Assembly (NCBI RefSeq): GCF_009914755.1
Contig: NC_060933.1
Strand: one strand, 5' to 3'
From: the human T2T-CHM13v2.0 reference genome, Homo sapiens
Length of the DNA stretch: 64,000 nucleotides
The translations under genes were made by a program, and so were the position numbers. Under the pieces are notes generated by a model. It was not told where the DNA came from and did no database searches. It saw only the letters and a list, made by a program, of their open reading frames with translations. Position 1 is the first letter of the stretch; every line of letters begins with the position of its first letter. Shown here in pieces: positions 44,627-55,802 of the stretch.

Positions 44627-47446
44627 GTAAGAGGGCAGCACTCCAGCCCAATCCCGGACCCCTCCGCTTGGTAGGGGTCCCAGGTGCACCAGTTTGTGTA
44701 GCGGGGAACTGGAGGCTGTGGAGGGGGTGAGGGCAGCAAGGGTTTCCAGCACTGTCACCCAGAGAAGAGAGAAGCCCACCCACTACCCAGCTCAGCTCAC
44801 CCTAGTTCTCCCCGCCTCTCTCTGCCCCCTCCCTCCTCGGGTTCAGGCCTTAGAGAGGTCTGAAGCAAGAGCCAGAGGCCTTCCCCGCCCTTCTTTCCTT
44901 CCCAGCCTTATTAGTCCTGCCTGAAGTCTCCGCTGCTTCATTGGCTGATGAGGAAGGTTGGGGAGAGGGAGTGTGTGGCTCTCTGAGGACAGAGCATTTA
45001 CATTCATCAGCATAAAAGTCTGGCCCTTAAGCAGCCTGGGAATTAACTACCAGAGCTCTGAGCAGAAATGGTTTTCCCCTTCTCTCCCCCGGCCCTGCCT
45101 GCTTCTGGCCAGCAGAACAGAGGTGGAGCTTTGCCTCCCAGAGGAAGTGGCAGGGATCCAAGGGTGGACGGGGAACTGCTGCTGGCATCTTCCCCCTTCC
45201 CTGGGGTAGCTGGTGGCCATGGGGTGGGAGGCAGGAAAGGCCCAAATAAAGCCTCTGAGAGGGAGGCCCCTCCCAGCACATCCCACGGCCATGATGTAGC
45301 TGCTAATTCTGGGCCTGCCCCTCAGGGCTGCCTGCCACCCGCCAGCCACAGGCACCTGTCAGGCTATATTAAGAGACATTGTCACGCTGAGGACTCTCCT
45401 TCCTGGGAAGAACTGTCCTTCCTCCCCAACAGAATCCACCTTTCTTTCACATTCTCCTCCTCTTCACCCTCCCCTTTCTATCCTCAAAACTAAATGGGCT
45501 AATCATATGTAGATAAGAAGGTTATTTTCTTCCCCTCCTCCTGGCCTTGTGTTCCATGCCCCTCTGTGAACCCTCATCCTCCCAACTCCCTTTTCCTATT
45601 CTCCATGCTGCCGGTTCCTTCCATTCTTCCTGCCTACCTCCTAGACGTGCCAACTCCCAGATTCACCAGATACCGGCTGGAACCCCCAGTATTCTTTCAG
45701 CTAAGACATTTTTCTCTCTGGCATGGAGGGATGGGAGGGATAGGAGTGGAAAAGAGGGAAGCAGTGCAGACACCATGCCACCATGTGACCTGTCTTGGAA
45801 TTGCACCCATTCCTCCATTCAGCCTCACCTTTGTTTAGAAAGAAGGCAGGAGCTGGGAGAGCTCCCTTGAGATACTTCACCCCTTCTGCCTAAGTGAAGG
45901 GGTCCAGACACCAGGTTCTGATGCAGAACCCCATCCCAGGAAGGCCCCTGAGGATGCGGCATGGCCTTAAGGGGACCTCCATGGCCTGGGGAGGGAGAAG
46001 CAGCTTAGAAATGTTGGTTATATTTCTGTCCACCCTGCCCAATCCCCAGCAGCCATTTATTATAGAGCAGTTATACACACAGACTCTGTGTGCAGCTCCA
46101 GCTAGGGACAAGTTGCTCCCAGCTTGAAAAGGGGGTGGTAGTGGAAGAATAGAAATCCCTATAGAGAGAATTACCCCTTCCCATCATCATCAGTCCAGCC
46201 TCCCTCCCTCTCTCACTGAGCTCTGCCAGGCTGCTTGAACTCGCTTGATAATCAGCCCCTCGATAGAAGGAAAGGAGAGATCCTAGGTCTTGGGGGAGGG
46301 GTGAAGAGGCAGCTGCCACAAGTCCCTGAACCGTCTGCCACTTGGCCTCTCTAGTGAAACTCAAATCTGCCCTTGTGGTCCCAGGAAATAAGAGGCTAAT
46401 TTAGGCTCAGATCTCCATGATCAGTTGAAATTCTAGATAAATGGCCTCAAAGAGAAGGGTCTCTTTCCTAGCCTGGACCCCACCCATAGTCTCTGTATTC
46501 CGGAGCAGTTCTCAGTGTGAACCGTCTCCCCACATCCCCCACTACTGCCAGCACCCCCTCCTGTGCATGAAGGCTGCCTCCAGGAATCTGAGCCCCTTAG
46601 ACAGGACCTGACAGAGAGAGCAGCTAAGGTCACCACTGCCATGTGCCAGCCCATTCATGCATTTTGGTTGCTCAACATTAGGTGTGGGGTATGGCGTTTG
46701 CTGTTGTATAACTCCAGGGAGCTCCATTCCCATTGTAGTCTATGTCTGTACAATGTGTGAATGACACTCCCTAAAGTTGTGTAACACCGAGCAGAGTGTG
46801 GGAACAAAGCATTTAAAAACTTTTTCTAGAAAAATAGCTCTTCATCTCCAAGCTAATGAGCTTTCCCACTTTTTAAGGCTTCCTGATTTCCCGTTTGAGC
46901 AGGGGCCAGGGAAAGAGGAAACACTGCTAGAAGCAGAGTGAAAGTGGTCTTCCTCCCGGGTTGGATCCCTAGCCTATTTGCGACTGTTCACTTACCAGCC
47001 CCCTCTGTGGTCACATCCTGTCTGATGGCCCCTTGTCCTATATGTCTTTGGAGATAAGCAAAGATTTGGGAACCAAGTATCACTTGTAATGTGACACCAG
47101 GCTAGTCATTCAAGGCTTTTTGAGACATCTTTGGACCATGAGTATGTGGAAAAGATTACAGGACTGGAAGTCACATCCTCTAAGTCCTCTAGTCCTGGCT
47201 TTTCCACCTATTGGGTAAGCAAGCCTCTTTGAATCTCAAGTTGTGCATCGTTATTAAATATATAATTAGGAATGGAAGATAATCTTGCCAGAAGCCTTTC
47301 TTACTCTATTAGCCTGGCCCTCTCTGTGGGATTTAAAGGTTGCTTCTTTCTTTAAGCCTGTGAACTGGGAGCTAGAGGGCAGGGGGAAGACACTGGGATT
47401 GGGGCCAGAATAAGCCACACTGCCCCTAACTTCTCCTCCCCTCTAG

Positions 47447-48048
47447 GCCTGAAGACCGGCGGTGGCACATCAGGTGGCTCCAGTGGCTCCTTTCACTACA
47501 CCTTTCATGGGGACCCCCATGCCACCTTTGCCTCCTTCTTTGGTGGCTCCAACCCCTTCGATATCTTCTTTGCCAGCAGCCGCTCCACTCGGCCCTTCAG
47601 TGGCTTTGACCCAGATGACATGGATGTGGATGAAGATGAGGACCCATTTGGCGCTTTCGGCCGTTTTGGCTTCAATGGGCTGAGTAGGGGTCCAAGGCGA
47701 GCCCCAGAACCACTGTACCCTCGGCGCAAGGTGCAGGACCCCCCAGTGGTGCACGAGCTGCGGGTGTCCCTGGAGGAGATCTACCATGGCTCCACCAAGC
47801 GCATGAAGATCACAAGGCGTCGCCTCAACCCTGATGGGCGAACTGTGCGCACCGAGGACAAGATCCTGCACATAGTCATCAAGCGTGGCTGGAAGGAAGG
47901 CACCAAGATCACCTTCCCCAAAGAAGGCGACGCCACACCTGACAACATCCCTGCTGACATCGTCTTTGTGCTCAAAGACAAGCCCCATGCACACTTCCGC
48001 CGAGATGGCACCAACGTGCTCTACAGTGCCCTGATCAGCCTCAAGGAG
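47447..48048 (+). CDS. DNAJB5: DNAJB5 G/F-rich region and C-terminal domain I
   Basis: CTCTAG|GC; FHGDPHATFASFFGGSNPF..VSLEEIYHGSTKRMKITR..GWKEGTKITFPKEGD; donor GAG|GTGGGG; 602 nt. Confidence 0.96.
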
Positions 48049-48207
48049 GTGGGGCCTAGTCAGGCTGTGTGTGTGTGCTGGGGAGATGGTGGGGACATTC
48101 CCTCTCTTCCCGCCAGCTGGCACATTCTTTCCCCACCTCAGTCTATTTCCTTCCTTCCCACTCACCTTACCCCACCTTTTCCTCACTTTCTGCTTCGTCT
48201 TTCCCAG

Positions 48208-48441
48208 GCGCTGTGTGGCTGCACTGTGAACATTCCCACTATCGACGGCCGAGTGATCCCTTTGCCCTGCAATGATGTCATCAAGCCAGGCACCGTGAAG
48301 AGACTCCGTGGGGAGGGCCTTCCCTTCCCCAAAGTGCCAACTCAGCGAGGAGACCTCATTGTTGAGTTCAAAGTTCGCTTCCCAGACAGATTAACACCAC
48401 AGACAAGACAGATCCTTAAGCAGCACCTACCCTGTTCCTAG
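48208..48441 (+). CDS. DNAJB5: DNAJB5 last coding exon; core protein 348 aa
   Basis: TTCCCAG|GCG; ALCGCTVNIPTIDGR..GEGLP..RGDLIVEFKVRFP..HLPCS, TAG at 48439-48441. Confidence 0.96.
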   Translation, partial: ALCGCTVNIPTIDGRVIPLPCNDVIKPGTVKRLRGEGLPFPKVPTQRGDLIVEFKVRFPDRLTPQTRQILKQHLPCS

Positions 48442-49590
48442 GCTCTGCCCCAGCCAGTCCAGAGCCTACCACAGCAATACCCCCAACACTCACTCCACTC
48501 AATGTGCACCCAGCTTGATGTCCACTGGACACTGGCAACTTTTTCTAAAATGCAAAAAAAAGCCACTGGTTTTCAGGAAAATGTTCCTGTCCCTGACCCC
48601 TTTTAGAGCTGGGCTGCCTGGGGGGAGTGGGAGGGAGGTGGGGAGAGCTAGCCCAGGCCAGGGGTCAATGTTCATGTCACTAGCTTTCAATCCAGTTTCC
48701 ACTGCAGTGGCTGGAGAGTGACCTGAGTGCTACTTGAAGATATGTAGAGATTCCTTATCCATGCCTGTACATAGCATGTCCTCCTCCCCTCAGCTTTGCT
48801 AATACCAGTCCCCTCCCTTCCCTTTGGCTTCCTGCTGTTGGGGGTGGAAAAGACTAGAAAGGACATTGCTTTCTCAGCCCCACCCCCAGGTCCACAGTGT
48901 CCAAGGTAATGGCACACATATTCATGCACAAGAAGCACTCACCTAGAGCTGTCTGTGCCTCTCTGGGAGAAAGGAGAGAGGATAAGAAGGGAAAGTTCAC
49001 AACCTGTGAACAGGGACTTGAGCACGAGACACTTTTCATCTGGAGCAGGGGGGTGAGCTCCTCAGCAGCCTCCGTAACAGCTGCCCTGCCTACACCTGCA
49101 GAGCTGGAGGTTCTGTCCTCCCTGCTGCTCTCAGGAGTGTTCAAGGGTGGAGGGCAGGGAATGGGGCCTGAGGTATTAAGGCTAAGAAGTGGGGGACAGG
49201 GCCCATCTACCAGCCTTCATCAGGAAGGGAAAGGGCTTTGGGGTCAGGTGGCAGCTATTCCCCACCAAGAGATTCAGGGTCACAGGTTTTTCCCCACACC
49301 TCTGAACTCAGGGCCTAGCCACCCCCAAACTTCCAAATCCCACTTTTGTGATATGTGAAGCTACTCATTTCTTACCCTTGGAGGCTGTGTGGGGAATTTC
49401 CAGCCCTTTTATGCCTGTGTGATCCCACCCCACCCCCATAGTTGTATAAAGGTCATAGTGAAGAAGCTGGGGGAAGACTGCTTCAGCCAGATCCTGGGGT
49501 GGGGTCTTTAGGTTTTCTCACTTTGACAACCCCCGAATGTTTTTATAGTAGTTTTTTTGTATTTTTTTGTAATGACAGTATTATGTAAAA

Positions 49591-49596
49591 AATAAA
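49591..49596 (+). terminator. DNAJB5: DNAJB5 polyadenylation signal
   Basis: AATAAA preceded by U-rich sequence and several TGTA motifs. Confidence 0.8.
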
Positions 49597-49991
49597 GTAT
49601 TTTAAAAATATGGCATCTGAGCAGGAGCAACAAACCTGGGATGGGGGTGGCTGAGGAGGGCCACTGTCATCCTCCCTCCCGGGCTCTGGTCACCTTTGAG
49701 AAGCCCAAGCAGGCCCTCAGTATAAGCTGAAGCTGACCTCTGCCTTCCTCGAAGCCTCCTGGGATTTCTAAAACTTATACTTCAAACACAGCACAGACAG
49801 AAAGTACCACTCAGCTATTAGAAGAAACATCTATTTGGGAAGGAAAAATATCCCTGCTCATGAGAGACAGAGACCATTGTCTTCAGATGTGCTAGCATGA
49901 AAACAGATTTTCTCTTCTTGTCTAAATTTTCTCTGAGTCAGACAAATTTTCCTTCTAGGAGAAAATTTTTTTCTAGGAGGGGGTGGAGAAC

Positions 49992-50299
<308 letters not shown>

Positions 50300-50325
50300 T
50301 GAAGGACTTTCTGGCTGACTAGAAG

Positions 50326-50692
50326 AGCTACCCCCAAGTGTTTGGGCCCGGAGTGAGGAGAGTAGCACTCTTGTGCAGGATATTGATTTCACGGAGGATG
50401 GTGAGCGAGAAACCACTATCTGGGGGGGGATATCTGTGGTGACGAGGATTTATTTGACTGTAATGTGCTATGTACGATGAACGACTGAATGTACGATGAA
50501 AAGTACTGGTCGATATTCCTGTGGGAAGGTATGTTCTTTGGAAGTATGGAGTTGATGTATTATAATTAAGGTTTTATGGTTCTGGCTTATAAGCATGTTC
50601 TATGAACAATAGCTGTGAAAAGTGCTTTCATATGTGCTATGTACAGTTAAACACTTATAGTACTATATAATATTCATGGTGGCTAGCAGTAA
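50326..50692 (-). other. NUMT: nuclear copy of the mitochondrial control region (HVS-I side)
   Basis: Reverse complement contains TTACTGCTAGCCACCATGAATATT, GTACATAGCACATTACAGTCAAAT, CACCATCCTCCGTGAAATCAATATCC and CACAAGAGTGCTACTCTCCTC..CCGGGCCCA..ACACTTGGGGGTAGCT, collinear with the human D-loop (about rCRS 16100-16480, from memory). Confidence 0.93.
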
Positions 50693-51520
50693 AAGACAGA
50701 GCCTGGACATTGGAGAGGGTAGCCAGAGGTACCTGGCCTCCTTGGCCCACGCTGGTGAGGCCTGGCTATGGACACAGGCTCCCTGAGAAGCACTGAACAC
50801 AGCTGCAAATCCTCAAATCTCAGTTATCTAGGGATGTCTGTCCTGGCCTCTGACCTGCCTGTGTCTACAGAGACAACTCTGGCCCTCAGGACCTGAGTGG
50901 TGGCTGCATGAGGGGGCACTTGTCCCTTTCCTGCGGTCTGGGTAGAAGGAGCCCTATAGTTGAAGAAATGCCCATCTGCGGGCTCTGCCTAGCCCTGGAC
51001 ATCCTCCTGGGGCTGACTTTGAGCATGAATCCCACATCTTCTCCAGGATCAGGCCCATGACAGTCATGCCCTCCTGAGTGCCAGTGTCCCCAGTACTATC
51101 CAGACAGCACTGCCTTTAGCTGGGCCAGGCTTAAGCTGACACTAATTGGCTTTTTTCCCCACAATAAAGACACTGAAAAAAACCTCCTCATCCTTTCACC
51201 TGAGGTACTTTTGTACCCCGTTCGAAAGGAGAAAATGTGCAGAAACCAGGGGGTCTTGCTTACAAGGGTATCTGCTAATCCCCTGGCCTGAGCAGGGAGA
51301 TGCCCGCACCCTACATCCCCTACTCAATGCTCTCCTCCTTTGGGGCTCCTAGGGTAGCCTCTCTCTTGACTTGTGGCTAAATTCTTGTCCAGGATTTTTC
51401 CTGAGGCCTGAAGATTTGGGATTCTGGTCTGCTGGGCCAAACTGCTCCCTTTGGCCTCTGTGTAGACACACAAGACCTGGGAAATTATCATGTCCTGCTG
51501 AGCACACTCTGGGGATAGGA

Positions 51521-51808
<288 letters not shown>

Positions 51809-51910
51809 GGGAATAGGATTTTGAGAGCCTAGAAGCAAGGCTATCTGAGGCAAGGGACACTTCAATGAGAAAGTCCTAAGGCTGACTGCAACCTTACCTG
51901 CAATTTGAAC

Positions 51911-52163
51911 CTTACCCTTCTTAGAGACTGCATGAGGAATTTCTGCTATTGTGATGCCTGTGTAACCATCCCTAGAGACAGGCATGCATGCACAGAGCTG
52001 TAGAAAAGTCAAGATAGTAAAAGAGCTGTGGGAGAGACTAGTTCAATCTGGTCCTGAGGGGTTGGGGTCTTTATCGGGTTTTCTCACATTGATAAGCCCT
52101 TGAATGTTTTTATAGTAGGGGTGTGTGTGTATGTGTGTGTGATTTTGTAATGACAGTACTATG
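51911..52163 (+). repeat. Diverged direct copy of the DNAJB5 3' UTR end (49371-49585)
   Basis: Seven collinear exact blocks of 8-17 nt shared with 49371-49585. Confidence 0.85.
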
Positions 52164-54474
52164 ACAATCATTTGCTCATCTTGTATGACAGTAATATCCC
52201 CTTAAGGCTTGGCCATCCTGGATCTTGGGCAACCAGTATTCTTGGTTGGGGAGTATTCCTTAGTCACCGGAGCTCCTTGACTACTCAGATAGGCATTTAT
52301 CTCCTGGACATCTTCCTGTTGTGGCTTAGGAACTGAAGTCTCTTTGGACTTCCTACCTCCCTGTCTTCTTCGGCTCTTAAAGAAATACCTAATCTCCCAT
52401 ATCCTTTTCCTAAAGAAAAAACTCCAAGAAGATGCTATGCTCTGTGGTGAGCCCCTTCTGCCTCCAGACAATGCTCCTCCATGGCCAGAGTCTGTTGGGA
52501 TACAACTCCACTCTCATCTGTTGGGTGTGTCCTGCCTTTGTCTAACTTGAAGTAACTCTGGACTGCCTCTCTTGGCCCTCAAATAGTCCCACTCTGACAC
52601 GACTTGTCCATGGAGAGGGCAAAAGGAGCTAAAAAGTTTGTTTGCTCTCCTCCTTGAACTCAGGGTCCTCTGGACTTCCTTGCTCACAGTTGAGGAGGCA
52701 GGGAAAGGACTTCCAGGGTGGGGGTTGAATTTCTTGTGATCAGCTTATCTCCCGACCTGCCTGTTTGTTTCAAGGAACTAAGCAACCTCAATTTAGCCAT
52801 CCCTGAAACATGGGTGGCTGAGGGATAAAGGTGGACTTGGGAAAGGAGCCATGATTGGGTCTCTATCACCTTAAGTTTTACAGATTCAGAGACTTTAAAG
52901 AGGTAAACTCTATCTCTGCCATGCTCAAAACCATACCACTTAGGCTTCTAGTGCCTGTGTAGCACCTGCATCAAGAAAGGAAAGCTTCCAAGAGGTATTT
53001 AGGCAGTGTTCCTGCACTGAGGGTGCCAAATTTCCAGTTTTCAAGTAGCTATAGGACTTCCCAGAAGGGAGCAATATATCACTGTCAGCAAGCTATGAAC
53101 AACACACATATATAGGCCACCTGCCCAAGTGAACTTTCAGGGTGTTTTCCAGTTGCTTCCAGTCTAGGTTCTCTCTTGAATGCATTTATGTCATTTCCTG
53201 ACCCATTCCTTGAGTGACTCAACAAGTCATTTTTTTTGGTCTCCTCTGATGAATCAGCCCCCAAAACCCCTACTGAGTAGCTTTCTGAACACCTTGATAG
53301 GTTACCTTTGGGACTCTTTCTCAGGCTATGCCTCAGACCCTTCCCTAGGTCATTCTGAAACTTGGCGGGGGGCCCCTCATATGGAAGCTTCTTGGGTGCC
53401 CAATCAATTCTTCCTTAGACCCTTGCTGCTTTGACCCATAAGTACCTTGAGGGCTGTAAGAATCTATGATTGTTCCTTAGCTGAGATGTGTCTGTTATTT
53501 GCCCTGAGGCTGCATCGGCACCAAAAGCTCTTGGATCCTCTAGGCCAGGACCCACTAGTGCTACATGAGCCTCTTTCAAAAGCAGTGCTCTAGTTGGTTC
53601 CAAATATTATTGCTTATAGGAAATTCTCTAGGAAGAATAGAAAATGGCACATAGTCCTGGGAGGCCAGGCTGTACTGAACAAGGTTGGGAGATGGAAGAC
53701 AAAATTCTTCCTAAGATCTCTGAATTACAGAGTAAAAACTAGAAATTCTCAACAAATGTTGAGCTTCAATTGGGGTGACAGACTATACCTCATTCTGCGT
53801 CCTAGGAAAGGATACCCCAGAAGCCTTAATCTGGGGTGAAAAAGAAAGTAATAGGAGCAGGAATGAGGATTGAAGGTGGGCCCAAGGTAGGTGCTGGGAT
53901 GAAACAGAGTTTGGGGCTGGGGGAGCAGTGGGGAACCTTTAGCCTGTATTTAAACCAGAAAGTGAAAGTGGGCATTAGAGATTCTACTGACTAAAACAAA
54001 GAGAGACTCCAGTGCAAAATAATCACCAGAAGTCAGGACAGTAGCCACCAGGGCCTCACTGTGCAGAGGTGAGACTCCAGGAGAGATGGTTCCATCCCCC
54101 AAGATTTTGGAATTTGGGAGCTGCTGAGGATGTGCAGCTGCTCTGGTTTGTCTTTGGTGCTCCACAGTGGTTGGGAGCCTATGTTGTCCTGTATGCCAGC
54201 AAGTGACTCTAAAATAGTTCCAGAAAAATTTATGTATATACCCCTCCAGCAAAGACTGGTAGACTCATTGGGTGCAATCACTTAATGAAACCTCTGTCTA
54301 GTCTTTGGCTAAGCTAGCCAAGCAGACACTTCAGTGGCCACACACAACAAAAAAAAATACACAATTTACACAATTAGTAAAGTCACGACACAAGCAAACA
54401 ACAATGACAAATAGCAACAACAAAGCTTGGGGTCGGGGTGGGGAGTCTGATTTCCAGAAATGCCACATTATACT

Positions 54475-54888
54475 TGCCAGGCCTCTGAGCCCAAGCTAAG
54501 CCATCATATCCCCTGTGACCTGCATGTACACATCCAGATGGCCGGTTCCTGCCTTAACTGATGACATTCCACCACAAAAGAAATGAAAGTGGCCTGTTCC
54601 TGCCTTAACTGATGACATTATCTTGTGAAATTCCTTCTCCTGGCTCATCCTGGCTCAAAAGCTCCCCTACTGAGCACCTTGTGACCGCCCCCCCTGCCCG
54701 CCAGAGAACAACCCCCCTTTGACTGTAATTTTCCTTTACCTACCCAAATCTTATAAAACGGCCCCACCCCTATCTCCCTTGGCTGACTCTCTTTTCGGAC
54801 TCAGCCCGCCTGCACCTAGGTGAAATAAACAGCCTTGTTGCTCACACAAAGCCTGTTTGGTGGTCTCTTCACACAGACGCGCATGAAA
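54475..54888 (+). mobile_element. HERV-H 5' LTR (414 bp)
   Basis: TGCCAGGCCTCTGAGCCCAAGCTAAGCC...GCGCATGAAA; TATAAAA ~54752, AATAAA ~54824. Confidence 0.95.
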
Positions 54889-54890
54889 TT

Positions 54891-54908
54891 TGGTGCTGTG
54901 ACTCAGAT
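54891..54908 (+). promoter_or_regulatory. Primer binding site for tRNA-His
   Basis: TGGTGCTGTGACTCAGAT versus TGGTGCCGTGACTCGGAT; both differences are CpG-type transitions. Confidence 0.88.
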
Positions 54909-55551
54909 TGGAGGACCTCCCTTGGGAGATCAATCCCCTGTCCTCCTGCTCTTTGCTCTGTGAAAAAGATCCACCTACGACCTCGGGTCCTCAGACCCAC
55001 CAGCCCAAGGAACATCTCGCCAATTTTAAATCGGGTAAGCGGCCTCTTCTTACTCTCTTCTCCAACCTCTCTCACTATCCCTCAACCACTTTCTCCTTTC
55101 AATCTTGGCGCCACCCTTCAATCTCTCCCTCTCTTACTTTCAATTCCTTTCATTTTCTGGTAGAGACAAAGGAGACACATTTTATCCTTGGACCCAAAAC
55201 TCTGGCGCCAGTCACGGACTAAGGAAGGCAGCCTTCCCTTGGTGTTTAATCATTGCAGGGACACCTCTCTGATTTTTCACCCATGTTTCAGAGGTGTCTG
55301 ACCACATGGGGACACCTGCCTTGGTCCTTCACCCTTAGCAGCAAGTACTGCTTTTCTAGGGGGCAAGAACCCCCCAACCCCTTCTCTCCATGTCTCTACT
55401 CCTCTGCTTTTCTAGAGGGCAAGAACCCCCCCAACCCCTTCTCCTTCACCCTTAGCTGCAAGTACCACTTTTCTAGGGGGCAAGAACCCCCCAACCCCTT
55501 CTCTCCGTGTCTCTACCCCTTCTCTGCTTTTCTGGGGGCAAGAACCCCCGA

Positions 55552-55802
55552 TCCCTTATTTCTGTGCCCCAACCTCTTATCTCTGTGCCCCATCCCTTAT
55601 TTCCACGCCCTGACCCCTTATCTCTGAGCCCCGATCCCTTATTTCCATGCCCCGACCTCTTATCTCTGCGCCCCGATCCCTTATTTCCGCACCCCAACCT
55701 CTTATCTCTGTGCCCCGATCCCTTATTTCCACACCGCAATCCCTTATTTCCGCACCCTGACCTCTTATCTCTGCACCCCAACCCCTTATTTCTGTGCCCC
55801 GA
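55552..55802 (+). repeat. About 12 x 21-bp tandem repeat in the HERV-H leader
   Basis: Units like YCYCTTATYTCYRYRCCCCRA. Confidence 0.9.

Noticed and set aside
47470-48186. 238-aa antisense ORF over DNAJB5
   Set aside because: Shadow of a GC-rich coding exon; no independent promoter or splice evidence.
55552-55802. Repeat array as CRISPR-like
   Set aside because: Eukaryotic context, no unique spacers, no cas genes; it is a retroviral leader minisatellite.
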